Source of the DNA: Eledone cirrhosa | Taxonomy: Eukaryota | Assembly (NCBI GenBank): GCA_964016885.1 | Contig: OZ024758.1 | Location: 25,668,001-25,732,000, forward strand | DNA length: 64,000 nt | Reading direction: 5' to 3' | In this document: one piece after another, positions 26,658-40,984 of the stretch | Layout: every line of letters begins with the position of its first letter | Numbering within the stretch: the stretch's first letter is position 1 | Made by a program: the position numbers and the translations under genes | The notes under the pieces: model-generated | Database searches by the model: none | What the model saw: the letters and a program-made list of their open reading frames with translations, nothing else | What the model was told of the DNA's origin: nothing

Positions 26658-26870
26658 AAACGAAGGAGGTGTGGTAAGGAACCAGATGGACCATAACGCA
26701 CCAGAGTACTCAATGCTTAGGGTAGTAGAATGGGTAATAGGAAAATGTTTGACCCCGACGGCAAAGCTCAAGCCGTTTTGACGGTTATTTCTGGACTCAA
26801 ACAGTCCAGAAATAGCAGTCGAAACAGCTTGAGCTTTGCCGTCGGGGTCAAACATTTTCCTATATATTTG

Positions 26871-29252
26871 GATCAAGGCCAAAAAGCAGGCTTGGAAAGT
26901 ATGGCAGGATGGGGGAAGTAGAGAAGACTATCAAGTGGCCAGGAGGGAAGCTAGGAGACAAGTGTACTTCGCAAGAAGGGAAGCAGAGGAAAGAAAGTTC
27001 AAGCATGTTCTACAACGTGAGGACCCAAAACATGAGGTGTTCAGGATTGCTAGACAATGTGTCAAGGGGAACCGTGATATTGTCGGGGAGAAGTGTGTCC
27101 GTAATGATGATGGTGTACTTGCCATCACTGATACTGATAAGAAGGTAGCCTGGAAGTGTCACTACAAGAGACTATTAAATGACGAGAATAAATGGGAGAA
27201 AGACAGTCTCCCCCACATCGATCCAATAGAGGGACCAGTAGTGCAAGTTGAAGGTAGTATAATAAGTAAGGCAATCAAAGATATGAAGACGGGCAAGGCG
27301 GCTGGGCCTTCGGAAATAGTTGCTGAAATGCTGAAAGCATCTGGAATGGTGGAACACACTATGGTCACCCGGATAGTAAACGAAGTTATACAGAATGGGG
27401 TCGTACCAAAGGACTGACGTAGCAGCATCATCATTAACTGCTACAAGGGTAAAGGAGTGCTCTAGATAGGGGAAACTATAGAGGCATTAAATTAATTGAC
27501 CAGGTCATGAAGGTCACAGAAAAAGTAATAGCGCAACTAATCAGAGAGCGAATTGATCTAGATGAAATGCAGTTCGGGTTTGTGTCGGGTAAAAGTACCA
27601 CAGACGCTTTTTTCATTGTACAACAACTACAGGAGAAGTACCTAGATAAAAGTAAACACCTCTACTTAGCTTTTGTAGACCTGGAGAAAGCCTTTGACAG
27701 AGTCCCCCGCTCCATTATCTGGTGGGCTCTTAGAAAACTAGGTGTAGATGAATGGCTTGTGAGAGCTATACAAGCCATGTATAAAGAAACAGTCAGCAAG
27801 GTTAGAATTAACAACGAATACAGTGAAGAGTTTAGCGTAAAATTTGGTGTTCATAAGGGCTCCGCCCTTAGCCCCCTCTTATTTATTATCGCCCTCCAAG
27901 CTATAACGGAGGAGTTCAAGACCGGCTGCCCATGGGAACTTCTATACGCAGATGATGTAATGCTCATAGCCGAATCAATGGCTGAACTAGAGAAGAAATT
28001 CCAAACATGGAAGCATGGTCTAGAATCAAAAGGCCTTAAAGTTAACTTGCCTAAGACTAAAGTCCTAATATGTAGGAAGGAGAATAGGGTACTGGTCCCA
28101 TCTGGGAAATGACCATGTTCAGTGTGTAGGAAAGGAGTAGGCAGAAACTCCATTTTATGTCCCAAATGCAAAGTATGGGTGCATAAAAGATGTAGTGGGA
28201 TCACAGGTAAGCTAACTAAGAATATAGATTTTATATGTGGCCGGTGCTCTGGTGCAATAAGTAGCAGCAAATGCCCACAGAATACTAGCTCATTCCACTG
28301 CCCAGATGGTTCTTTAGAAACAATGGACACCTTCCGTTACCTGGGTGACAAAATCAGCAGTGGTGGAGGGTGCTCTGAAAGTACTGTAGTTAGAGTCCAA
28401 ACGGGATGGAAAAAGTTCAGAGAGTTTATACCACTATTGGCCGCTAAAGGGTTCTCTCTAAAAATGAAAGGCAGGCTGTATGATGCATGCATATGAACAG
28501 CAATGCTACATGGCAGTGAGACTTGGGCATTGTGTGCAGAGGATCTATGCAGACTGGAGAGGAACGAAGCTTGCATGCTCCGTTGGATGTGTAATAGTAA
28601 TATACGTGAACGGCAAAGCATAAATGAACTAAGTGAGAAATTAGGAATAAGAGGGATCAGATGCTGTTTACTCGAGAGAAGACTACATTGGTATGGTCAT
28701 GTGATGCGCATGAAAGACGACAGCTGTATAAAAAGGTGCAGGACGATCAAAATAGACGGAAGTTACGGAGTAGGCAGACCCAGAAAAACCTGGGACGATT
28801 TGATAAATTCCGACCTTACACACTTACACCTCTCCAAGACAATGTCACTGGACTGAGATCTTTGGCGCGACACAGTAATACAGAAGACCCGCCTTGCCTA
28901 AGTACAAAGTGAAACCTACAGTCAGTAGGCACCTCTTAACCAAAATACACCCCTGTCCCACTAACCCTACCCACACCACCCCTTTCGAGGTAAAGCTATG
29001 TTGGTACCACAACATCCAGTCCTAAATAAATGAGGTCATATAGGTGTCACAACAAAAAACACACAGTCCACGCTGTAATGTGGCCGTGTAGGTAACACGG
29101 TAAAAACCTCCCAGTCCACACTGTAAGCGTGGTTGGTGTTAGGAAGGGCATCCAGCCGTAGAAAATCTGCCTACGAGCAAGACAACCAATCTTACCTCAA
29201 GTGGGACAATTCCTGTCCAGACCCATGCTAGGTTGGAAGATGGACGTTAAAC

Positions 29253-29285
<33 letters not shown>
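26871..29285 (+). mobile_element. 5'-truncated, disrupted RTE-clade LINE
   Basis: RT motifs ([33 protein letters not shown]) split by stops and a frameshift. 3' UTR and (GAT)n tail present. Paralogue of 57414-59840. Confidence 0.92.
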
Positions 29286-29286
<1 letters not shown>

Positions 29287-30074
29287 TATGTGTGTATATA
29301 TATATGCGTGTGGAGACACATGGCCTAGCGGTAAGGGTGTTGTAATTACAATCATAATGTCACTTCATTTCATGTTGCTCCAGTATACTCAGCTGAAAAT
29401 GAGTACCAGCAATAGCTGGGGGTTTAACCCTGCGATGGATTGGTGTCCTGTCCAGGAGGGAGTCTTGTACTCTCAGCTGCTTCACGTCATGAAACCGGGA
29501 TAAGCACCGGCCAAATGAGCCTTCTGGCTTAAGACAGACTTTAGACTTTTTTTTAGATATATATATGGAGGCACATGGCTCAGTGGTTAGAGCATTGGCC
29601 TTGCAATCGAAAGGTTGTGAGTTCAATTCTCAGACCAGGTGATGTGTTGTTTCCTTGAGCAAGACACTTTATTTCACATTGCTACAGTTTACTCAGCTGT
29701 AGAAATGAGATGATAGGGACTGGGGTCCCTATCATTCCACTGCAAAGTGGTCGTGGAGGTGCCACAGCAAAAAAGCACCCAGCACTCACTGTAAATGAGG
29801 TTGGTGTTAGGAAGGGCATCCAGCTGTAGAAATCAAGCCAGAATCAGTTCCCGTCCTACCCTTGCAAGCAGGGAAAAAGCGGACGTAAAATGAAATGAAA
29901 AATGAAAAATGAAAATATATATATACAACTAGATGAACTGAGTTTTTACTAGTACATTGAACTTTCCCACTTGCTCGATGATTACACAGGACTTGCATTT
30001 CCGAAGTGCCAGTTTGTGATTCAGAGTGCACACATTTAGTTATTAGTTTTAAGTTCAGGATTATGTGCAGCTGT

Positions 30075-30105
<31 letters not shown>

Positions 30106-30306
30106 GTGTGTGAGAAAAACCACAAACCCTCCATCCCAATTCTACTTTTGAAAAGCACAAGAACTGCGAAACCGGTAAAGGAACAAAATAAATATATATT
30201 TTTTTTAAAAGACTCCAGTTGCATTTTCGATTTCATCTTTTTTCCTTATACTTTCACTCGTGTAGGACACCTCGTGTTTTTTTTTCATTTTGTAAAAAAA
30301 CCTCAC

Positions 30307-30340
<34 letters not shown>

Positions 30341-30345
<5 letters not shown>

Positions 30346-30510
30346 AAAAAGTATAACCCCGACGGCAGAGCTCAAGCCGTTTCGCCGGCTATTTCTGGAC
30401 CAGAAATAGCCGGCGAAACGGCTTGAGCTCTGCCGTCGGGGTTATACTTTTTCCTATTTCTCTGGTGCGTTATGGTCCATCAGGTTCCTTACCACAATTC
30501 CTTTGTTATA
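30341..30510 (+). mobile_element. Perfect 58-bp-arm palindrome containing an HHR 3' half
   Basis: Arms at 30341-30398 and 30400-30457. The right arm reads GAAA-CGGC-TTGAGCTCT-GCCG-TC^GGGGT. Confidence 0.75.
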
Positions 30511-30923
30511 TATATATAAAGGGGAAGAAGAAGCTATTATTTTTTTCAACTCCATTTTAACACCAAAGATTCAAAGCATTATCAACCTAACAAATGTTTC
30601 TGTATATATATATAGAGAGAGAGGGGGGGAGGGGGAGGTAGGGAGGAGGTAGGTAGACCAGGAGAATTTTTGTGTATATTCAAGACTGACCAAGAAGAGC
30701 TTTATTCAGGTAAAGTTTCAAGTTAAACAGGTAAACAAAGGAAAATAAAAAATCTCCTTTTTAGTATAGTGAGAAGAAATACATAAAATGTACCCAAACA
30801 ATAAACTAGTGAGAAATATTTCCAAAAATTTAGTGAAAAGTATAAAGAGAACCAAGGACATCAAATATATTTCTCATTATTGTAATTTTATGACTGAGAA
30901 AAATAAACTAGAATGTTATAGAG

Positions 30924-31214
30924 CAGCGGTTGTCAACCTTTCGGAACTCACAGACAACTAAATTCATAATTTTAGATCTCACTAATATGAATTTTTTTAA
31001 AAAGATAAAAACATTTGTAAAATAAAGATCAGAGAACTTCCATTAATAATGTGCAATGCACCTATTAAAACATTTTTAGGGGTGTTATAAAATATATTTT
31101 AACTGAATATTAATTTTGTTTTATTATCAATAAAGCATAAAAATTGAAAATAATGTCCAAATTTTTCTGCAGACCACCAAAATTTTCTCTCAGACCACTG
31201 GTTGGTGACCGCTG
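30924..31214. mobile_element. hAT-like MITE
   Basis: TIRs CAGCGGTTGTCAACC / GGTTGGTGACCGCTG. 8-bp TSD TTATAGAG/TTATTGAG. Confidence 0.75.
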
Positions 31215-31497
31215 TTATTGAGTATGGTTAGTTTTGAAGACGTATCAGAGATCATGTGTTAATTGTATCACATATTTCTAAACTAATCAGTTTGAAATGT
31301 AAAATAATTAACAACCCTGTTGAGCAGGGCTTATTATTATTATTATTATTATTATTATAGAGATAATTTCAAATGTTGAATAATTTTGAGTAAATGCTAT
31401 TTAACTTAGAAGTATTGTTATGGTTGCTACTGGACAGCTTCACATTTCCAAAGATAAATCCAATCCTAATTGGGAAAATTGTGAAACTGCAACTTAC

Positions 31498-31524
31498 CTG
31501 CAATTTGAAATTGGGGCCAAGCGT
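31498..31524 (-). CDS. 27-nt micro-exon of the host gene (phase-1 reading DAWPQFQIA)
   Basis: Minus strand: atatatttcttgtag|ACGCTTGGCCCCAATTTCAAATTGCAG|gtaagt. Consensus donor; length is a multiple of 3. Confidence 0.65.
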
Positions 31525-31955
31525 CTACAAGAAATATATTTATTTATCAGTAGAATGTAAAAAACAAAATGAAAATGTTAGAAAGAGTAGAAATAACAAA
31601 ACAAAAGAGAGGGGGATAGAAAAAAAAGATTAAAGAAGAGAAAATAAAATATAAAAAAATGTGATATAACTAAAGTTTTTTGTTTTTTTTTTAATAGAAA
31701 CTTAAGTAAAAGTAGATTATAGCAAATGAAAATAACAGAAAAAAATAAAGAAAAACAGAAAAGGAAAAGGAAAAAAAGAAATAGAGAAATTAAAAAAGTA
31801 AAATTATAAGGTTGCAAGCAATTGTAACTTAACTTGACTTCTAAAAAGTCAATTATGTGCAAATATTTGCAAAGTAATATATCGCTGTACTTCTTTGAAG
31901 ATGTGTAAATCAACTAATATAGAGAGCTGATTATATGTATGGCCTGGTGTGTGTT

Positions 31956-31987
<32 letters not shown>

Positions 31988-32006
31988 ATATTATATATAT
32001 ATATAT

Positions 32007-32039
<33 letters not shown>

Positions 32040-32067
32040 ATATTATATATATATTATATTATATATA

Positions 32068-32119
<52 letters not shown>

Positions 32120-32315
32120 TAAAATAACAGATTAAAGTTTAAGCAAAGAATCGTTGCTTTCAACTTTATATATATATATATAAACACACTGCAAATGTGG
32201 TTGGCATTAAGAAGGACATCCAACCATAGAAACCAAGCTAGAGACAGTTCTGCATGAGCAAGACACGGTCATCTGAAATGATCTGACTTGTCTCACAATA
32301 GGACATATATATATA

Positions 32316-32410
32316 CAAGGTGTCCCCCAAAAATGTATACAGATTTTTATTACCTGTACAGGCAATATTTATTAGAATGTTGTGTGTATACATTTTTTGG
32401 GGACACTCTG
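32316..32410. mobile_element. Tc1/mariner-like MITE (second copy ~61283-61385)
   Basis: TIRs CAAGGTGTCCCCCAAAAATGTATAC / GTATACATTTTTTGGGGACACTCTG, flanked by TA. Confidence 0.7.
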
Positions 32411-32793
32411 TATATATATATATATAATCATCACTGTTTTTACGTCCACTGTTCCACTAGACGGGATATTTTGTGACAATGTTTTACAACCGGATGCCCT
32501 TCCTAATGCTAACCCCTTTAGTTGACTCTTACAACACACAAGAAGATGGTGTATCTATTCTGGCTACTCTAAAAACAGGGATACACTGCATCAGACCTAT
32601 TATTTTTATCTAAAGACATTTTTTCCAATTCCATCCCGCCCGTCCCCTCAATCTATTTTATTTCTCATTCTTTCTTCCAACGAAGGACTAGCGTCTGAAA
32701 CGTTAAGACCCTCTTCCTGCTATATCAAACGTTAACCTAATATATACCTTCCATACACTGTACCGATTGTGTTGTTATTTCTATTTACCTTTT

Positions 32794-32837
<44 letters not shown>

Positions 32838-34417
32838 GATAGTAATAATAATTATGAAGACTAAAATAGATAGATTAATATAAGCTCATTAGACCCTTTT
32901 GTCATTTTAAAATAGTCCCATTTATATTAAAAAAATAATTTCTTACATCATCACAAGGAGGCCAGAAATGTTGGGGGGAGCGAACAGTTGATTATATTGA
33001 CACCAGTACATGACTGGTACTTATAAATAATGATTAAAACAAGTATTCATTACAGAAACCATTCCTGAACAAGAAAACCATCTTGATACTACTTTCGGTA
33101 ATTACAGTGCTTCTTTCAAAAGACTTTTATATATATATAAAAAGAAAACTGTCTTATAAAGTTCCGTCTTACATTGATTTCACTCAAACAGCAAAAATAT
33201 TTTCAACAATTCTTAATGAAATCTAACCAAAGATACAATTGAAGAAATTGTACAGAAAGAAATGTATAAACATAATGTCTGTAGTGGAATGATGTATAAA
33301 TGTTCTTGCATGCATATACAGCATCAGCATTTACTTTCATATTTACACACACAATTTCTCTCTCCCTTCTGCTATTTTCCACACACACACACAAACTCAC
33401 ATACACACACACACACACACAAACTCATATACACACACACACAAACCCACATATACACACACACAAACTCACATACACACACACAAACTCATATATATAC
33501 ACACAAACTCATATATACATACACAAAAACACATATACACACACAAACTCACATATACACACACACACACAAACTCACATACACACACACACAAACTCAC
33601 ATACACACACAAACTCATATATATATATACACACAAACTCATATATACATACACACAAACTCACATATACAAACACACAAACTCACATATACACACACAC
33701 ACAAACTCATATATATATATATATATATATGTGTACACATTGGCTAGGAACAAAATAAAGTTAAGCAGTGATTTAAGTATATCAGATCAATAAATAAATT
33801 ATACTTGTGTAAGTCTTTAACTATTTTGTTTAATCAAGTATTTCATAATAATGGAAGTATTTCAGAGATCACTATGTATCTTAAAACCACATAAAATTCA
33901 TAATGAATTTAAATATTCTTTAACGCCTGGTTGAAAGTAAATTTCAAAAGCAAATTAAAAGAATTAGCTAATGGATGGAAGCAAAATAAAAGCAATAAAA
34001 ATCATGGGTTTGTTGTTTTTTTTTTGTTTTTTTTTTAGTGATATATGAAGAATCACCAAATTTCAAAGCATAATGTATGGAATACATTACTAGAATAATT
34101 AGAGGCAAGTAAAGGAAGCGAAATCATGTGTAACTAAATTAGGAAGTAGAATAAACAAAGGGAAATATAAATGACACAATGTCAAAAAAGCTGTAGCATA
34201 TAATGTTATTTTTCTTTCAATAGGTAGATACAAGGTGGGGGGTGGGGGATCTGGGCTGAAGGAGTGAAGACAAGAAAAATCATACCACATGCTTTTTTAT
34301 CCTCACTCTCTTTCTCTCCACCTTTTTCAAAAAATAGTATTTATTAACTAATGGTTGACAGTAATGAGCAGTAAGTAGATGCATTTAGCAATGGAAATTG
34401 GAAAAAAAAAAATTTAC

Positions 34418-34531
34418 CTTTGGGGTGGGACGCACTTTTAAGACTCTGGGAATCAATTTTGTAGCAATTATAGGGTGCCCCATCAGTGGTAGAACCGGAG
34501 TAGACACTGGGTGAGCTGGTGATACTTGGAC
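34418..34531 (-). CDS. 114-nt internal exon of the host gene (phase 1: PSITSSPSVYSGSTTDGAPYNCYKIDSQSLKSASHPK)
   Basis: ttag|GTCCAAG...CCCAAAG|gtaaat. A GC-richer island. The phase-1 frame is open and joins in frame to the two downstream exons; frame 0 is also open. Confidence 0.6.
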
Positions 34532-35396
34532 CTAACCAATTGTAAATAGGTATGATAATAATTAATTGGGAGCTGAAAAAGGGGATATTAATTAGGGAAC
34601 TAAAAATGTAAGAACAATAAATCTTCTGTTAGCTATACATCGTATAAATATTGGTTATATGAGGTAGGGAACTAGAGATAGGGATAAAAGATATAAGAAT
34701 AAACCTAAGTATATTTTTGGAAAAATGTAATAGATAGATATGGTAAGGTCACTGATGGAATGAAATAAGCCCAGAAATAAAATCTTCTCTCTAATAAGTT
34801 ATTTTAAGTGTTTTCAAATTGTTACTTATAACCATCTTTCACTAACAGATGAATTAATTAATTTTAACCCTTTAGCATTTACATAACTCTATATTTACTA
34901 TTATATTTTCATGGTAAAGGTTTTATCTTACATAATATCGAATCTATGAGATTTTGATGTTATTTATTTTGAGAACAATACCTTAACATCAGTATAAGTG
35001 ACCAGTTTCAGCCAGTTTGAACAGAAAGAGGTGAGAGAATTCTGGCCGGATATGGCTGGTTTAAATGCAAAAGGGTTAATTACGTTCAGCTCCAACAATA
35101 TTATAGAAATATTAGAAGTATTTAGTAGGTAGGGCAATTTGGGAGTTAAAATGGGCATTAGTGCAACAGAATTGCATTTTTAAAAAAAATTCTCTAAATG
35201 AAAAACAGAAAGAGTTAGTTATAGTAAAAATGATGCATTACAGAACAAAGTTACTCTTGACTTAGAGTTGAGATATAGATACTATAAATATCTAGAAAGA
35301 ACTTGAGATCCACTGAGATAATTATGCATTAGAAAAAGTAATGAAAGATTTCGGGGGTGAATGGCCTACAGTAATGAAATGAGTAATTGTTATCGT

Positions 35397-35429
<33 letters not shown>

Positions 35430-35598
35430 TCAGCTCCAACAATATTATAGAAATATTAGAAGTATTTAGTAGGTAGGGCAATTTGAGTTCAAATCCCGCC
35501 GAGGTTAACTTTGCCTTTCATCCTTACGGGGGTCGATAAAATAAAGTACCAGTAATGTACTGGGTAATTGCTGGCCCCTTGTGCCTAAAGTAGAAACA

Positions 35599-35634
<36 letters not shown>

Positions 35635-37119
35635 GTTGTTTTTACTATAGGCACAAGGCCAGCAATCTTAGGGGCAATGTAGTGATTTCTACTTTAGGCA
35701 CAAGGCCAGAAATTTGGGGGGAAGGGAAAGTCGATTAAATCAATTCCAGTGCATTACTGGTACTTTATTTCATCAACCCTGTAAGGATGAAAGGCAAAGC
35801 TAACCTTGGCGGGATTTAAACTCAGAACGTAAAGGGCCATAACTCTGTGCTGCAAAGCATGGTGTCCAACTCTCTACCGATACTGCCAATTCACCGCCCT
35901 TTTTAGGGGCAATAATAATAATTGTTATTATTGCCCCTAAAATTATTGACTTTGTGCCTATAGTAGAAATCCTTATTATTATAAAAAGGGCAGTGGATTG
36001 GCAGTATCGGTAGAGGGTCGGACGCCATGCTTTCCAGGATAGAGTTACACCCCTTTACGGTCTGAGTTCAAATCCCGCCGAGGTTAACTTTGCCTTTCAT
36101 CTTTACAGAGTCGATAAAATAAAGTACCAGTAATACATTGGGGTAATTGCTGGCCTTGTGTCAAAAGTAGAAACAATTATTATTATTATTTGGTGAATTG
36201 GCAGTATTGGTGGAGGGTCAGACGCCATGCTTTCTAGCATAGTTACGTCCCTGTATGGTTTGAGTTCAAATCCCGCCGAGGTTAACTTTGCCTTTCATCC
36301 TTACGGGGTCGATAAAATAAAGTACCAGTAATGTACTGTGTAATTGCTGGCCTTGTGCCAAAAGTAGAAACAATTATTAAACTCCATTCCAATGAAAGTA
36401 AAACACTTAATATTTGACAAATGATAGATGTAATGCAAAGATTTGTTCTTGAAATTGTCAAGATCGAACAGCAAGCATGATTTAGACACCAAAAGACAAT
36501 TTTTAAATAATTGTTTCTACTTTTTGGCACAAGGCCAGCAATTATCCAAGTGTATTACTGGTACTTTATTTTATCGACCCCGTAAGGATGAAAGGCAAAG
36601 TTAACCTCGGCGGGATTTGACAATTTTTAAATAATATTTTGCATTTTGGTGTGACTCAGTGATATTTGCTACATCTCAACAAAAAACCATTCCCAGCAAT
36701 TTGTCTATCTTTGTCATGAACTAAACCATATTTCATAAGTTGCACTGAAAGAAAAGTAGCTCGTCTGACATATAAACAAAGGTATGATTTCACAGGGCAA
36801 AAGACATTTCTATATTGTTCAATTTACACAAGACTGTGCAGAAAGAACATAATATAAATAGTGATTACATTTACTTCACAAAAAGAATTTTCAAAAAATG
36901 TTAAATATGTAATGGCGGTGCCCCAGCATGGCCTCAGCCTGTCGGCTGGAACATGTAATGGAGTAATAGACTAATGATATTAACCCTTTACCATTTACAA
37001 TACTCTATATTTACTATTGTATTTTCACGGTAAACACTTTATCTCACATAATATAGAACCTACGAGATTTTGATATTATTTATTTTGAGAATAACACCTT
37101 AACATAAGTATGAACAGCC

Positions 37120-38045
37120 GGTTACAGCCAGTTTGAACAGAAAAAGGTGAGAGAATTCTGGCCGGATACGACTGGTTTAAAGGGTTAATATCTGTATATG
37201 TGGCCAGTTACGGCCAGTTTGAATAGAAAGAGGTGAGAGAAGTTTTGGCTGGATACGACTGGTTTAATGGGTTAATATCTGTATATGTGGCCTGTTACGG
37301 CCAGTTTGAATAGAAAGAGGTGAGAGAAGTTTGGCCGGATACGACTGGTTTAAAGGGTTAATATCTGTATATGTGGCCTGTTACGGCCAGTTTGAATAGA
37401 AAGAGGTGAGAGAAGTTTGGCCGGATACGACTGGTTTAAAGGGTTAATATCTGTATATGTGGCCTGTTACGGCCAGTTTGAATAGAAAGAGGTGAGAGAA
37501 GTTTGGCCGGATACGACTGGTTTAAAGGGTTAATGTCTGTATATGTGGCCAGTTATGGCCAGTTTGAACAGAAAGAGGTGAGAAGTTTGGCCGGATACGA
37601 CTGGTTTAAAGGGTTAATATCTGTATATGTGGCCTGTTACGGCCAGTTTGAATAGAAAGAGGTGAGAGAAGTTTGGCCGGATACGACTGGTTTAAAGGGT
37701 TAATATCTGTATATGTGGCCTGTTACGGCCAGTTTGAATAGAAAGAGGTGAGAGAAGTTTGGCCGGATACGACTGGTTTAAAGGGTTAATATCTGTATAT
37801 GTGGCCTGTTACGGCCAGTTTGAATAGAAAGAGGTGAGAGAAGTTTGGCCGGATACGACTGGTTTAAAGGGTTAATATCTGTATATGTGGCCAGTTACGG
37901 CCAGTTTGAACAGAAAGAGGTGAGAGAAGTTTGGCCGGATACGACTGGTTTAAAGGGTTAATATCTGTATATGTGGCCAGTTTGAACAGAAAGAGGTGAG
38001 AGAAGTTTTGGCTGGATATGGCCGGTTCAAATGTTAAAGGGTTAA
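37120..38045. repeat. 86-bp tandem repeat (~10 copies) of the right end of a piggyBac-like MITE
   Basis: AAAGGGTTAA recurs every ~86 bp, downstream of a MITE starting at 36981. Confidence 0.9.
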
Positions 38046-38589
38046 GAGGCTTGTGATGTAATAGATCATCACAGAGGCAAATGGAAAATATAAACAAAAC
38101 AAATACTTGATTTTTGCCTTTTGTTTCATCATTCCTATCTAAAGAAGAAAGACACATAACTCATGGCTTGATTTATCAGAAGATATCAATAGTATCAATA
38201 TAGATATGGTATGGTATGGTCCCATTACTCCTGATAGAGTCGTAGGGGCACCGTATTGACATACAGTGTTTCTTGGGCATTTTAAAGCCTGGCGGAGCCC
38301 ACCCCTCTCCAGGCCTGAGTACAGCAGATTTCTTCCAGAGAAAGATAGAAAGTGAGAAAGAGAGGAAATTGAGAAAGAGATATAGAGGAAGAATCAACCC
38401 CAGTACTAGACTGGTACTTTTTTTTTATCTACCTCGAAAGGATGAAATGTAAAGTTGACCTGGGTGGGATTTGAACTCAGAGATCAGGAACGAATACCAT
38501 AAAGCATTCTATTTTATGTTCTAATGACTGCCAATTTTCTGCCTTACATATAGATATAGTAGATTTAATTTAAAACATGCCTCCCACAA

Positions 38590-39502
<913 letters not shown>

Positions 39503-39770
39503 ATAATAATAATAATTGTTTCTACTTTAGGCACAAGGCCAGCAATTACCCAGTACATTACTGGTACTTTATTTTATCGACCCCGTAAGGATGAAAGGCA
39601 AAGTCAACCTCGGCGGGATTTGAACTCAGATCGTAAAGGGACGTAACTATGCTGGAAAGCATGGCGTCCGACCCTCCACCGACCATATAATAATAATAAT
39701 AATATCATTTGTACCGCCTCTTCGTTTTTCTGTTTTTTGTTCTCTGTTTACTTTTTAAAAAACTATATAT

Positions 39771-40046
39771 ATATTTGGCAATATACCGTATGTTTAATTA
39801 AAAACATTTTGAAGACCTTGCGCTATCATTTTAAAGTAGTGACTATGTTACTTACTTCTTATAATTTTCGGCAGAGGTCGGAGAGTACGTAGCTCAAAGG
39901 AACACCAACAGTGTGAAACAGACTGTCACTTCTTTTTTCGGCAAAAGAAGGGAGAGAAGCTAAGTGGCATAGTCACTATTTTAAAATCATAGGGCAAGGT
40001 CTTCAAAATGTTTGTAATTAAACATACGGTATAATGCCAAATATAT
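39771..40046 (+). mobile_element. Fold-back element with a decayed HHR-like centre, related to the 310-bp family
   Basis: Imperfect inverted arms at 39771-39859 and 39955-40046. Centre GAGGT-CGGAGA...GAAA-CAG-A-CTG-TC-ACTTC. Confidence 0.6.
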
Positions 40047-40759
40047 TATACATACATTCATATATATATATATATATATATTGTAAGGATTCATAAGAAC
40101 TTTAATTCAAAAAATTCCAGGTAAAATGATGTCATATGAAATAAGGATTTTATTGAGAATGTGATTGCAAATGAGCAGTAATAATTCAATATAAAGTATT
40201 ATTAGAAATATCAATATTATCTTCATCCTTTTAAAATTAGGGTTATTCCATATTTTATAATTAATGTAAATAAAATAGAGGTATCTAATCTTTGAAATTA
40301 AATAGAATTTTTTTTATTTATTTAATAATATTAATTAAACATATTATCCAAACATTTGCTTTGAAATGGAAAGCTAGTGAATTCCATGTCAGAATTAATG
40401 TGTATTTAACCCTTTACCATTTACATTACTCTATATTGACTAATATTTTCATAGTAAAAGCTTTACCTCACGTAATATTGAATATATGAGATTTTGATGT
40501 TATTTATTTTGAGAACAATACCTTAATGTTGGATAAGCAGCCAGCTACAGCCAGTTTAAACAGAAAGAGGTGAGAGAATCCTGGTTGGATACAGCCGGTT
40601 TAAATGCTATAGGGTTTAATTGATTTCATTCCTCAGAATTAAGGTTATCTAATCTTTAACTTAAACAAGTTTTAACCAAAGTATAAATAACATCACAACT
40701 ATCTTATTTTTCAAAACAGCTGACACATCTTCTGTGTTCCTGAAATAAGCAATTAATAC

Positions 40760-40984
40760 TTGCACGTCCTTCACCACTTCACACCGGTCACCATCATAAC
40801 TTTAAGCATACTTGGACCCCGTGCTGCTGAGGTCCTCTGCAAGATAGGAACGTCAGCAGCCTGTCTGAGGAAGGAGTCCTGCGGGGTGGGGTGGCTATTG
40901 GAGCAGGTGTCTCTGGCCATTGTTTGCGGGAACGCTTTCGCAGTCTTGTCAGCAGGGTGCAGCCCCATTACTGCTACGCTCTAG
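40760..40984 (+). mobile_element. C-terminal fragment of an RLE-type (CRE-like) non-LTR retrotransposon
   Basis: FTPVTIITLSILGPRA...WLLEQVSLAIVCGNAFAVL resembles the F-x-P...G...Q-x-x-S-L-A-I-x-x-GNA C-terminal motif. Confidence 0.6.
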
